From the IMG/VR virus record IMGVR_UViG_3300008108_000201: a stretch of 64,000 nt of DNA. One strand, written 5' to 3'. Positions 8,559-18,498 of this stretch are shown piece by piece. Origin of the DNA: an uncultured virus (IMG/VR IMGVR_UViG_3300008108_000201). Lineage: Duplodnaviria > Heunggongvirae > Uroviricota > Caudoviricetes. Each line of letters opens with the position of its first letter. Position 1 is the stretch's first letter. The notes beneath the pieces were generated by a model. That model was not told the origin of the DNA. It searched no databases and saw only the letters and a list, made by a program, of their open reading frames with translations. The position numbers and the translations under genes are program-made.

Positions 8559-10514
8559 ATGGCAGATCAGCAACCACAAAGGAACCTATTTTCGACACTT
8601 AAACGCTTGTTTTCCACTGATGTTATCATCAGAAACGATGGAGGAACGTTAAGAACTGTCGATGTAAATCAGATCCAAGTCGATGGCGTACTTCAAACTA
8701 ACGCCCTAGTCGACCGTTTTAACCGTATTTATACTACCTCTACCTCTTATGGGGTGAATTTAAACCTTTCACAAAACTATCAGAGTGCGAGAGTACAGAT
8801 TTACGCCGACTATGAGGCTATGGATACTGATCCTATTATTGCTTCTGCATTAGATATTATTGCCGACGAATGTACTTTAAAAAACGCACAAGGAGACGTA
8901 ATTCAAATCCGTTCATCAGATGAAAACATTCAAAAGATACTTTACAGCCTTTTCTATGACATACTCAACATTGAGTTTAATTTGTGGTTCTGGATTAGAA
9001 ATATGTGTAAGTATGGTGATTTTTTCCTTAAGCTAGAGGTCGCCGAGAAATACGGAGTTTATAATGTAATTCCATTCTCTGCTTACAATATTGTACGCCT
9101 TGAAGGCACAAACCCGTCTAATCCATCAGAGGTAATCTTTAAGTATGATCCAACTGCTGCACTAGGTGCTACTGCAGGTTATTCTACCTCATATCAGAAC
9201 ACCGACTTAGGTATTACGTTCTATAATTATGAAATGGCACACCTGAGACTAATTGGTGATGTTAACTACCTGCCTTACGGACGTTCATATTTAGAGCCAG
9301 GACGTAGGCTTTACAAGCAGTATGTATTAATGGAGGATGCGATGATGATTCATCGTCTTACACGTGCACCACAGCGCCGTATCTTCTATGTAAACGTTGG
9401 AGCCATTCCTCCAAATGAGGTTGAGAACTACATGCAACGTATGATTAACAAGATGAAGAAAACTCCACTTGTTGATCAAAGAACAGGTCAATATAATCTG
9501 AACTATAACGTTCAGAACATGCTTGAAGACTTCTTTATTCCTGTACGCGGTAACGATTCTTCTACACGTATTGATAATGCACCACCTCTCGAGTATAACG
9601 GTATAGAAGATATTAACTACTTACTTAATAAATTATTTGCAGCACTCAAGATACCTAAAGCATTCCTTGGATATGAAAAGGATTTAACAGGTAAAGCAAC
9701 ATTGGCTGCAGAAGATATTCGCTTTGCACGTACTATTGAAAGAATCCAACGTATTGTTCTTTCTGAGTTAACTAAGATCGCTCTCGTTCATCTTTATGCC
9801 CACGGATACGATGATGAGTCGTTAACTAATTTCGATTTAACACTCACTACTCCTTCTATTATTTACGAGCAAGAGAGAATTGCACTTATGAAGGAGAAAA
9901 TGGACCTTGCCTCACAAATGATGGAAGCAAGCTTCTTACCGACGGACTGGATTTACGATAAACTATTCCACTTCTCTGAAGAAGAGTTTGATGAATACCG
10001 TGACTTAATAATTGAGGATAAGAAGAGAATGTTCCGTATAAAACAAATCGAAGAGGAGGGTAACGATCCTGCAGAAAGCGGACAAGCATACGGTACACCC
10101 CATCAAATCGCTTCTATGTATGGCGGATATGGAACAGCACCTCTATCTGGTCAAAACGTTCCGCAGGGTTACGACGAAACGAATCCTGGAGAACCTGTTA
10201 AGCTACCAGGACGCCCTGCAAATAAAGTATCTTTAATTAACACCTCAGACGATCCTCTAGGTAGAGATAGAATGGGTGTTTACGATTTGAAATCTAAATC
10301 AAATTCTGGTGAAGACGGGCTAAGAGCCAAGTTTACCGGCGGCAGTCCGTTATCATTAAGAGAAAATAAGAATACTACTGTAGCCGCTTACTTAACTAAT
10401 AAGGCTGCATTAGAATCTTTCAAGAAAAATAAGAGAGTTAACATTTACGAAAACGATAAAACCAGTGAATTGCTCGACGAATCACGCATTAGACCTGATT
10501 CAGATTTAATCTGA
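8559..10514 (+). CDS. Portal protein (T4 gp20-like)
   Basis: ALDIIADE, LMEDAMMIHRLTRAPQRRIFYVNVG, MLEDFFIPVRG and LFAALKIPKAFL match gp20 motifs; follows the terminase. Confidence 0.93.
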   Translation: MADQQPQRNLFSTLKRLFSTDVIIRNDGGTLRTVDVNQIQVDGVLQTNALVDRFNRIYTTSTSYGVNLNLSQNYQSARVQIYADYEAMDTDPIIASALDIIADECTLKNAQGDVIQIRSSDENIQKILYSLFYDILNIEFNLWFWIRNMCKYGDFFLKLEVAEKYGVYNVIPFSAYNIVRLEGTNPSNPSEVIFKYDPTAALGATAGYSTSYQNTDLGITFYNYEMAHLRLIGDVNYLPYGRSYLEPGRRLYKQYVLMEDAMMIHRLTRAPQRRIFYVNVGAIPPNEVENYMQRMINKMKKTPLVDQRTGQYNLNYNVQNMLEDFFIPVRGNDSSTRIDNAPPLEYNGIEDINYLLNKLFAALKIPKAFLGYEKDLTGKATLAAEDIRFARTIERIQRIVLSELTKIALVHLYAHGYDDESLTNFDLTLTTPSIIYEQERIALMKEKMDLASQMMEASFLPTDWIYDKLFHFSEEEFDEYRDLIIEDKKRMFRIKQIEEEGNDPAESGQAYGTPHQIASMYGGYGTAPLSGQNVPQGYDETNPGEPVKLPGRPANKVSLINTSDDPLGRDRMGVYDLKSKSNSGEDGLRAKFTGGSPLSLRENKNTTVAAYLTNKAALESFKKNKRVNIYENDKTSELLDESRIRPDSDLI

Positions 10515-10546
10515 TACGTCGATATTTATTAGTAAGCTTATCATCG

Positions 10547-11398
10547 ATGATAAAACATAGCAAATACAAGAATACCGGTATTTTATTTGAGCTTTTAGTA
10601 CGTCAGTCTACAGCAGATTTAATGTCTAACAAGGATACTAAAGCCGTTAAAATTTTCAAGAAATACTTCACAAACACGGAGTTAGGTAAAGAATATAGCC
10701 TGTACAATACTGTAGCTAGTGCACCAAAACTAACAGAATCTAAAGCTGAAATTTTAATAAACACTATTGTTGAGCAAGCAAAAAAGCTTGATAGAGTCAA
10801 ATTAGATAGAGAAAAGTATAATCTTATTAGGGAAGTAAAAAAACATTACGATTTAGATGATTTTTTTAAGGCCAAAATAAACAATTATAAGATCTATGCT
10901 TCGGTATATACACTTATTGAGAATCAACTTACTAAAAAGTTCTCTGATACTAAACAGATTGTTACAAATAAGCTCACTCTCCTTGAGCACATTACTAAAG
11001 AGTCTTTAACTGAAAAGAAAGTCGCCTCTAAAGTAGTAGAAGAATTTATGAAAGAGGACAAGGAGATCAGAATTCTTGCCTATAAGATATTGGTTGAAAA
11101 GTTTAACGACAAATACTCAAGTCTCTCCCCAGAGCAAAAGGATTTATTAAAAGAATATATTAACAACGTCTCTGATACTAAGAGACTAAGAACCTATCTC
11201 AATACAAAACTACTCGAGGTTAAAAGCGAGCTCGTAGACTTAAAGTCTAACGTCGGAGATAAGGTTCTTAAAATTAAATTAAATGAGGTTTTGAATTTTA
11301 TTAAGCCCCTCGGTCCAAATGATTCTATAAAGGACGAGGTATTGATTGGCTTAATGCAGTACTATCAATTGATCAGTGAGCTCAAAGCCGTCAAATAA
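10547..11398 (+). CDS. Head-module protein, function unknown
   Basis: 283-aa helical ORF between portal and protease; upstream TATTTATT motif. Confidence 0.75.
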   Translation: MIKHSKYKNTGILFELLVRQSTADLMSNKDTKAVKIFKKYFTNTELGKEYSLYNTVASAPKLTESKAEILINTIVEQAKKLDRVKLDREKYNLIREVKKHYDLDDFFKAKINNYKIYASVYTLIENQLTKKFSDTKQIVTNKLTLLEHITKESLTEKKVASKVVEEFMKEDKEIRILAYKILVEKFNDKYSSLSPEQKDLLKEYINNVSDTKRLRTYLNTKLLEVKSELVDLKSNVGDKVLKIKLNEVLNFIKPLGPNDSIKDEVLIGLMQYYQLISELKAVK

Positions 11399-12297
11399 TG
11401 AATAATCAATTCGCTACACAGTTTTTACTTGAAGATCTCGACGATTTATCTCACGAAGAACTACCTTTTGATATCGAGGCTATGATCGAAAAGGCTATGT
11501 CTTTCGGTTTAACCCGGATTGAGGCATTAGCAATGGTACAAGACATTATTAAGGGCTTCAAACTAGACGAAGACGGCGCTGCTGCAGCACCTGCAGGAGG
11601 CGGAGGTAGTACAACAGGAGGCGGATCAACAGCTGGAGCCACATTTACACCCGGAACGGGAGAGCAATATGCTGCCGGTACACGAAAGAAGAAGGTAAGA
11701 GAAGATGCCCCTCGTCTTGCTGGAAATCCTGCGAAAACTAATAAACAGGGAACTAAAAATTTAACTGCATATAAAAATTTTGGTTTTACTAAAGCACCAA
11801 GTGCAGAAGAGGCTGGAAAAAATATTAAAGGAGTACAGGTTAAGATGCTCTGGAAAGAAGGGCAAACTCCTGCCTGGGATCAAGTAAAAGAGTACGTGCT
11901 AAAACTAGCCAAACATTACGGCTACGGAAACGATTACGTAGAGTACATGAAAGGTTGCTATGAGCAAGGATTAATCGTTAACCCGCAGGACCTGGAAACT
12001 TGTACTGCCGGATATGGTGAAGCCCTTCGGGAATATATCAACGAATCACGAGCTTATTCTCAGTTCAAAAAACAGACAGCCGTTAGATCAAAGGACGAGC
12101 AAATGCACGAAGCAGTAAAAATGATTCATAAGAAACTAGAAGAAGTATCCAAGCTCGTAGAATTCGCTCAGCAAATGAGAACTGAGTTATCTGAGGGTGA
12201 AAATACTCTCGAATACAAGCATAACACTAAAAAGATCTTCGAAAAAATCAATTCTAAAGTAGTAGAAGTATATACAAAAACTAGAGATTTAAAATGA
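11398..12297 (+). CDS. Hypothetical head-module protein
   Basis: 299-aa ORF with a Gly-rich linker and a coiled-coil C-terminus; TAATG coupling. Confidence 0.7.
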   Translation: MNNQFATQFLLEDLDDLSHEELPFDIEAMIEKAMSFGLTRIEALAMVQDIIKGFKLDEDGAAAAPAGGGGSTTGGGSTAGATFTPGTGEQYAAGTRKKKVREDAPRLAGNPAKTNKQGTKNLTAYKNFGFTKAPSAEEAGKNIKGVQVKMLWKEGQTPAWDQVKEYVLKLAKHYGYGNDYVEYMKGCYEQGLIVNPQDLETCTAGYGEALREYINESRAYSQFKKQTAVRSKDEQMHEAVKMIHKKLEEVSKLVEFAQQMRTELSEGENTLEYKHNTKKIFEKINSKVVEVYTKTRDLK

Positions 12298-12653
12298 AAT
12301 TACAGCTTAACGAAATAAAAAGAATGCAGCGTATAGCTGGCATTTTAAAAGAAAATGAAGGCATGAGTTTTGATATTGATGATAATAAAGAAAAATTTGT
12401 TAAATATATTGTTGTTAATAGAGATATATTATTAAAACATTACGATGATATCATGCGATGGACTGAAACTGGTAAAAAATCTAGTGAGTACAACGATCTA
12501 TTACAGGCTATTAAGAGTTTTGATGATGAAATAAAAGATACTCCGTACCCTAAACTAAAAAGACTCTTATTCAACTATCGTGTAGGGGAACTTGATGATA
12601 TTGCTGATAATATTAGAGACTATAAAGAAAATAGCAATCAGAAACAGATGTAA
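12294..12653 (+). CDS. Hypothetical protein with QKIAG-type leader
   Basis: N-terminus MKLQLNEIKRMQRIAGILKE. Confidence 0.7.
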   Translation: MKLQLNEIKRMQRIAGILKENEGMSFDIDDNKEKFVKYIVVNRDILLKHYDDIMRWTETGKKSSEYNDLLQAIKSFDDEIKDTPYPKLKRLLFNYRVGELDDIADNIRDYKENSNQKQM

Positions 12654-12670
12654 ATCTATCTAAATTTAAA

Positions 12671-13027
12671 ATGAAACAGCGACTAGACGAAATAAAAAGA
12701 ATACAGAAGCTTGCTGGCATCATCAATGAAGATATGAGTGTAGACGATCAAGGAAATCTTCAAGTTGATTATAAATTCAAAATAGGTCAAACAGTAGAAT
12801 CTTACGGGGAGAATATTGTACATAAAATACTAGATAGAAGACCTAGCTGGAAAGCAGTTGAAGAAGACCCAAACGATCCGGAATATATAATGAAAAATAC
12901 AGAGTATAATTTAGAGGAGGAAAATATGTTTAATCCTTGGTATTTAATTGAACCTGTAAATACGGAAGAAGATGGAGATTATATGTTCTGGTGGCCTGAA
13001 GATGAATTAGAATTGATAAGAAATTAA
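12671..13027 (+). CDS. Acidic hypothetical protein with QKIAG-type leader
   Basis: N-terminus MKQRLDEIKRIQKLAGIINE; YKFKIGQTV and WWPEDEL hint at an SH3-like small beta fold. Confidence 0.7.
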   Translation: MKQRLDEIKRIQKLAGIINEDMSVDDQGNLQVDYKFKIGQTVESYGENIVHKILDRRPSWKAVEEDPNDPEYIMKNTEYNLEEENMFNPWYLIEPVNTEEDGDYMFWWPEDELELIRN

Positions 13028-13037
13028 AATAAAGTAT

Positions 13038-13169
13038 ATGGCAAAAGGAAAAGGCGGTGAATCTAGAAAGATCACTTTCGGAAAAAGAAAAACAGGTTCT
13101 GCACAAAAGAGTTTCAACAAACATAGTCCGCGGCCTAAGAAATACCGCGGGCAAGGAAGGAGACCCTAA
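13038..13169 (+). CDS. 43-aa basic protein, not in the ORF track
   Basis: Manual translation MAKGKGGESRKITFGKRKTGSAQKSFNKHSPRPKKYRGQGRRP*; fills the intergenic gap exactly. Confidence 0.7.
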   Translation: MAKGKGGESRKITFGKRKTGSAQKSFNKHSPRPKKYRGQGRRP

Positions 13170-13183
13170 AGATATTTATTACT

Positions 13184-14656
13184 ATGAAGAATATTCAAGC
13201 TCAATACCAAGACCTGTTAGAGGGTAAAATGTCCAAAAGTAATTTCATGCGTAATGTACGTATGCAATTTCCCCAACACGTATCACCTACTACGTCTTTC
13301 GATGATTCTGTAAGAATCCTAAAAGGTAAGCGTATTTTAAGTGAAAATACAAACACTGCAGAATCAATTAGAAAACTTGCTCCTTATACAGTTGCCCAGG
13401 AAATATCACATGATCTTGATCATGCAATGTATAATTTCACTGTTCAAAACGGTTCTCCTGATCCAGAAGAAGAAGAAGATATGATCAGAAATCTCGTAGA
13501 ACAGTATGTCGAAAGAAATAAAATCGATAAAAGTATTGCTATTAAATACTTAACCAACAAAGCTTGGTGGGAAAATCTACATTATGCTCTTGAAGATATT
13601 AAGATAGGCATCCCTAAAATACGTCGAGATCGTAAAAAAGGGCAAGTAAGGTTTGGAACACTGGGATTAAACGAAGCAAAAAAGCCTGAAGGCGTTTACG
13701 GTCATAATCCAAACGCCGAAAACGATACCTATAGAGGTATTGATCATTTGAACTACTATCAGGTTTATCATGGCATTCAATATGAACTTGCAAAGATGCC
13801 GGAAATTACTGACGAGAATTACGTTAAAGCTAGAAAGAAAGTCGTTGACACTATTTTAAAAGATCCTGATGCTTACAAACAATTACAGCTTGCAAACTTT
13901 AAGGCTGTAAAGGAAATGGATAAGGATCTTGAAATGAAAGATGTAAAGAAAAACAACCTGACCGATAAGCCTAACGAGATGAAGGTCGTAGCTAAAGATG
14001 CTAAGCCTAACACACAAGATACTCTCGAAAAGAAAGAAAAGAGAAAAGCCAAGAACGGTAAAGGTCTTCAACACATGACCCAAACTCCTAAAGGTAAGCT
14101 TGAAGCATTTGCTACCCCCGGTAAGGAGAAGGTAATGGCACTCAAAGAACATATTCTCGATGAAATGACTACCCAGAACCCTCATCATGAGGAATTTCAC
14201 AAGGGGATGGAGGTTTATAAAAAAAAAGGTGACGGTACCCCGGGATCGGTAATCGAATTCGACGGACATACAGCTACAGTTCAGTGGCAGGATGGTCACA
14301 AAGAAGACCTGCAGAAAAACGTCCTTACAAAAATCAAGCCTGAAAAGACTACTATGGAGCTTCCTTCTAGTGAGATGAAGCCTCGTACAATGGTTAAGTG
14401 GAGTAATAACGAAGAAAAAGTAAACGAAGATCCTGTAGGACAGCAAGCTGCTGGCGATCCTGACCAGGAGAAAGAAATGCGCGACACTCTTATAAAAAAA
14501 GAAGATAAAAAGGCTAGTCTTAAGGATAAGTTAATGAAGACTGTAAAAGAGCTCTTATTTAGAGATAAGAAAACAGGTAAAGTGCAATCCTTTCAGCAGA
14601 ATGATCCAGCTATAAAAGATCCACAGTTCAATCAAGTATTTACAAAAGCACAATGA
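13184..14656 (+). CDS. Hypothetical head-associated protein
   Basis: 490-aa charged ORF directly before the prohead protease; several [LI]-x-E sites. Confidence 0.7.
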   Translation: MKNIQAQYQDLLEGKMSKSNFMRNVRMQFPQHVSPTTSFDDSVRILKGKRILSENTNTAESIRKLAPYTVAQEISHDLDHAMYNFTVQNGSPDPEEEEDMIRNLVEQYVERNKIDKSIAIKYLTNKAWWENLHYALEDIKIGIPKIRRDRKKGQVRFGTLGLNEAKKPEGVYGHNPNAENDTYRGIDHLNYYQVYHGIQYELAKMPEITDENYVKARKKVVDTILKDPDAYKQLQLANFKAVKEMDKDLEMKDVKKNNLTDKPNEMKVVAKDAKPNTQDTLEKKEKRKAKNGKGLQHMTQTPKGKLEAFATPGKEKVMALKEHILDEMTTQNPHHEEFHKGMEVYKKKGDGTPGSVIEFDGHTATVQWQDGHKEDLQKNVLTKIKPEKTTMELPSSEMKPRTMVKWSNNEEKVNEDPVGQQAAGDPDQEKEMRDTLIKKEDKKASLKDKLMKTVKELLFRDKKTGKVQSFQQNDPAIKDPQFNQVFTKAQ

Positions 14657-15282
14657 ATAAGCAAGTCCTTATAGAATATTTACCATTCACGCCTCTACCT
14701 AGACAGCTACATGAGGCTAGAATGAATCCTAAAGCACCTCTTATTGTAGCCGGTCTTGTACAGGCTGCCGACAAACCTAATGCTAACAGACGTATTTACG
14801 ATTTTGATACTCTTGCAAAGCAAGTTCAACTCTATATTGACGGGCCTATAAAGGAAAGAAGAGCACTTGGCGAACTCGATCACCCTGAATCTTCAGTTAT
14901 CAACCTCAAGAACGTTTGTCATAACATTACACGTCTTTGGTGGGAGGGAAAAAATTTAATGGGTGAATTCGAAATTTTAGATACTCCATCAGGAAATATC
15001 TTACGTGAATTGTTTATGAACAATATAACAGTAGGAGTTTCTTCTCGTGCTATGGGATCGGTAACACCAATTGGTGAAGGCCTTGTTCAGGTAGAAGATG
15101 ACTTAGAATTAATCTGCTGGGACTTTGTATCAACTCCATCTACGTACGGTGCTTACGTAAGACCGGTTGGAGGATTAAACGAATCTTACGACCCAAATGG
15201 CGGAGAAGGTAGAAAAAGTAGTATAAATAAACTTATTTCTGATATTATTTGCACCCAAAGCGGTGTGTGTTGCATTAAGTAA
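14653..15282 (+). CDS. Prohead core protease (T4 gp21-like)
   Basis: NANRRIY, ALGELDHP, TPSG, GVSSRAMGS and DFVSTPS match gp21 catalytic His/Ser/Asp motifs. Confidence 0.93.
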   Translation: MNKQVLIEYLPFTPLPRQLHEARMNPKAPLIVAGLVQAADKPNANRRIYDFDTLAKQVQLYIDGPIKERRALGELDHPESSVINLKNVCHNITRLWWEGKNLMGEFEILDTPSGNILRELFMNNITVGVSSRAMGSVTPIGEGLVQVEDDLELICWDFVSTPSTYGAYVRPVGGLNESYDPNGGEGRKSSINKLISDIICTQSGVCCIK

Positions 15283-15422
15283 AAAACTTTTTTACTAAGA
15301 ATCAAGGTTTTCCGTACAGGCAGGGATATTTATGATAGTATGCCATCCTAATATGGCATTTTGTATTCTATACACCCTTATATTGCTACACTCTAATTAG
15401 CAATCCCCGAAACAAATTTAAG

Positions 15423-16619
15423 ATGGAAAATCAAGAATTGTTTAAGCAAGCAATCCTTGACGCAAAGGCTGTTCGTGAGACTGCAATGGCTGCCGCCAGA
15501 ACTACTCTCGCTGAACATTTTGAGCCTTTTATCAAGGAGACCATGGAAAAGGAACTCACTAAAGAAGAGGACGATACCATGGAAGAGGCTACTGAAATGG
15601 AGGAAGCTGCAATGCATCATAAAAAAGATGAAATGCATAAAGAAGCTACCGAAATGGAAGAGTCTACACTAGATGAGATCCTAGCCGAGCTAGACGCCCT
15701 TTCTGAAGAGAAAGTAGAAGAAGAGGCTGATCTAGAAGAGGATGCTCATGTTAAAGGAGACGGCTACACTGGTAGCGCTACTGAAAAAAAGAAAACTGGT
15801 TACGATGAAAAAGCCCATACCTCTAAAGGCGGTACCGGGTATCCTGAAAAGGCAAAAAGCTCCATTCACGAAGCTGAAGAAGATGATGAAAAAGAAAAGG
15901 AAGATCACGGAGCCGAAGAGGCTGGTGAGGACCTGACTAAAGACGTCGAAGCAGCTGAAGGTGGTGAAGAGCAAGAAGTAGTTGACATCACTGTAGGAGA
16001 ATTGAAAGACATCATTCGTGATGTATTCATGCAATTACAGGGCGGTGGAATGGCTCCTGAAGCCCCACTAGATGGCGGTACTGATCTTGCAGCCGATTTA
16101 GGCGGTGGTGAAGAAATCGAAGCAGGAGAAGAAGAAATTTCTCTTGATGAAATTCTTGCCGAACTTGAAAAAGAAGAGAAGGTTGAAGAAGGAGCTGCTG
16201 CTGGAGAAATTCCTGGCGGTCAGATCGATTCCAAAGCCGGAGACGTTTACAAAGTAGAAGAGATGAAGAAAGAACTTAACGAAGCCGTTAAGACTATCAA
16301 GGCTCTGAAGACCGAGTTGAACGAAATCAATTTGTTTAGCGCAAAACTTCTTTACGTTAACAAAATTTTCAAGGCAAAGAACCTTTCTGAATCACAAAAA
16401 ACAAAAGTTATCAACGCATTTGACAGAGCAACATCTGTTAAAGAGGTTGAGAACACTTACAAAACCTTACTTGAATCTATCAGTGCTGATACTAAAAAAT
16501 CATCACTTAAAGAGTCTGTAGGTTTTGCATCAAAACCAATCGGTAGCGCTCCAGCTCGTCCGATTGTTGAAGCCGATGCCTTCGTATCAAGATGGCAACA
16601 GCTTGCTGGAATTAAATAA
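15423..16619 (+). CDS. Prohead scaffold/core protein (gp22-like position)
   Basis: Very acidic coiled-coil protein between protease and capsid genes; repeated LDEILAEL; C-terminal RWQQLAGIK. Confidence 0.8.
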   Translation: MENQELFKQAILDAKAVRETAMAAARTTLAEHFEPFIKETMEKELTKEEDDTMEEATEMEEAAMHHKKDEMHKEATEMEESTLDEILAELDALSEEKVEEEADLEEDAHVKGDGYTGSATEKKKTGYDEKAHTSKGGTGYPEKAKSSIHEAEEDDEKEKEDHGAEEAGEDLTKDVEAAEGGEEQEVVDITVGELKDIIRDVFMQLQGGGMAPEAPLDGGTDLAADLGGGEEIEAGEEEISLDEILAELEKEEKVEEGAAAGEIPGGQIDSKAGDVYKVEEMKKELNEAVKTIKALKTELNEINLFSAKLLYVNKIFKAKNLSESQKTKVINAFDRATSVKEVENTYKTLLESISADTKKSSLKESVGFASKPIGSAPARPIVEADAFVSRWQQLAGIK

Positions 16620-16652
16620 ACAATTTTTTTCAAAACTAAACATTTCTAAAAA

Positions 16653-18368
16653 ATGTCAAACTTAGTGCAATCCCTTTTAGAAAGTGCTAACCCATACAAC
16701 GATCAAATGGGTGTTAGCCAAAAGCTTGCCAAGAAATGGGCCAAATCTGGTCTTCTTGAGGGTTTGAAGGATTACGACCGCACAAATATGGCCGTTATTC
16801 TTGAGAACCAAGCCAAGCAACTCGTACTCGAGCAATCTTCAACTGGTGGTGGTGTAACCAACGGTGCTACCTTTACTCCTGGTAATGGTGAGCAGTGGGC
16901 TGGTGTAGCTCTACCTCTTGTTCGTAAGATCTTCGGACAAATCGCTTCTAAAGAGTTCGTTAGTGTTCAACCAATGAACCTTCCTGCCGGTCTAGTATTC
17001 TATCTAGACTTCCAGTATGGTAACAATATCCCTACACCGTTCCAAAAAGGACAATCCGTGTATGGTACTTTGAACCAAACTCCTAACAGCGGATTCGGTA
17101 ACTTAGCTTCCGGAGGTCTTTATGGCCAGGGCCGCTTTGGTTATTCAATTAACCAATTCTCTGCTTCTTATTTTTCCGGTTCAGCTACTGCTACTCTTGC
17201 TACTTTCCAAGATGTAAACTTTAATACAGCTTACTCTCAGTCTGTAGTAGACAACAAGATGATCAAAATCAGCATCAACACTGGTTCTTTGGTGATCGAT
17301 ACTAACGGAGTTCGTGCTTTCGAAATCTCCGGTAGCAACAATACGTCTATCTCTCCTAGCACTCTTATCAATGACTTCACAGTTATTAGCGGTGCTAACT
17401 TGGTATTCTTTGTTAGCGGTTCAACACTTGCTACAGTACAAACTTCACTTTCTGGTTCTGGTGCCGATAACGCCGTACCTGGTGTAGTATTGTTCTATAA
17501 CAAGTCTACTAACTTCGCAACTCGTGGTGACTTCGAGGATGCTCCTCAAGATACACCTACTCCATTCTCTAACCCGAACGCAGCTGCTTCTGCCTCTATC
17601 GTTATCCCTGAGATCAACGTGCAGATGAAGTCTGAGACCATCTCTGCTAAGACTCGTAAGTTGAAAGCACAGTGGACTCCTGAATTCGCGCAGGATTTGA
17701 ATGCTTACCATAGTCTTGACGCTGAAGCTGAATTGACTGGTATGCTTTCTGAGTACATCTCTCTTGAGATCGACCTCGAAATCCTTGACATGTTGATTGA
17801 GAATGCACAGACAGTTGCTAACTGGTCTGCTCAAATCGGCCAGCAAATCAACGCTGCTGGTACTGCTTATGTAAGCAATACTGCCGGTGCTTATTACAAC
17901 CAAATGTCTTGGTTCCAAACTTTGGGTATCAAGCTTCAGGCTGTATCTAACAAGATCCATCAGTTGACTTTACGTGGTGGTGCTAACTTCCTAGTATGTT
18001 CTCCAACTGTAGCTACAATTCTTGAGTCTATCCCAGGATTTGCTGCTGACACAGACGGAGCTGCAGACACTATGAAGTATGCCTTCGGTGTTCAAAAGAT
18101 CGGTGCTCTTAACAGTCGTTACAAGGTTTACAAAAACCCATACATGACTGAGAACACAATCTTAATGGGCTTCCGTGGTAACCAATTCCTTGAGTGTGGT
18201 GCAGTTTATGCTCCATATGTACCATTGATCATGACACCTCTAGTGTACGATCCAAATACCTTCACACCACGTAAAGGTATCATGACTCGTTACGCTAAGA
18301 AGATGATCCGTCCTGAGTACTATGGTAAGGTATATGTATCTGACCTTCAGGTAGCTCAAGCTAGCTAA
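16653..18368 (+). CDS. Major capsid protein (T4 gp23-like)
   Basis: ILENQ, VSVQPMNLPAGLVFYLDF, AKTRKLKAQWTPEFAQDLNAYHSLDAEAEL, YAPYVPL and FTPRKGIMTRY are gp23 hallmarks. Confidence 0.96.
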   Translation: MSNLVQSLLESANPYNDQMGVSQKLAKKWAKSGLLEGLKDYDRTNMAVILENQAKQLVLEQSSTGGGVTNGATFTPGNGEQWAGVALPLVRKIFGQIASKEFVSVQPMNLPAGLVFYLDFQYGNNIPTPFQKGQSVYGTLNQTPNSGFGNLASGGLYGQGRFGYSINQFSASYFSGSATATLATFQDVNFNTAYSQSVVDNKMIKISINTGSLVIDTNGVRAFEISGSNNTSISPSTLINDFTVISGANLVFFVSGSTLATVQTSLSGSGADNAVPGVVLFYNKSTNFATRGDFEDAPQDTPTPFSNPNAAASASIVIPEINVQMKSETISAKTRKLKAQWTPEFAQDLNAYHSLDAEAELTGMLSEYISLEIDLEILDMLIENAQTVANWSAQIGQQINAAGTAYVSNTAGAYYNQMSWFQTLGIKLQAVSNKIHQLTLRGGANFLVCSPTVATILESIPGFAADTDGAADTMKYAFGVQKIGALNSRYKVYKNPYMTENTILMGFRGNQFLECGAVYAPYVPLIMTPLVYDPNTFTPRKGIMTRYAKKMIRPEYYGKVYVSDLQVAQAS

Positions 18369-18394
18369 TAACTTAGACTAGTTTAAAAATAAAG

Positions 18395-18419
18395 ACCGGC
18401 CCCGTAAGGCCGGTTTTTT
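18395..18419 (+). terminator. Rho-independent terminator after the major capsid gene
   Basis: ACCGGCC-CCGTAA-GGCCGGT followed by TTTTT. Confidence 0.85.
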
Positions 18420-18498
18420 ATTGTATCTATATCAATAAGTTATAGTCTCACTATCTCTAGATTTTATTTAAGGAGCCTAACTATTTATATCAAATGAA

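Noticed and set aside
6954..18368. Introns, inteins or homing endonucleases in terminase, portal or capsid genes
   Set aside because: The ORFs are continuous and of plausible size, with no intein-end, HNH, GIY-YIG or LAGLIDADG motifs noticed.
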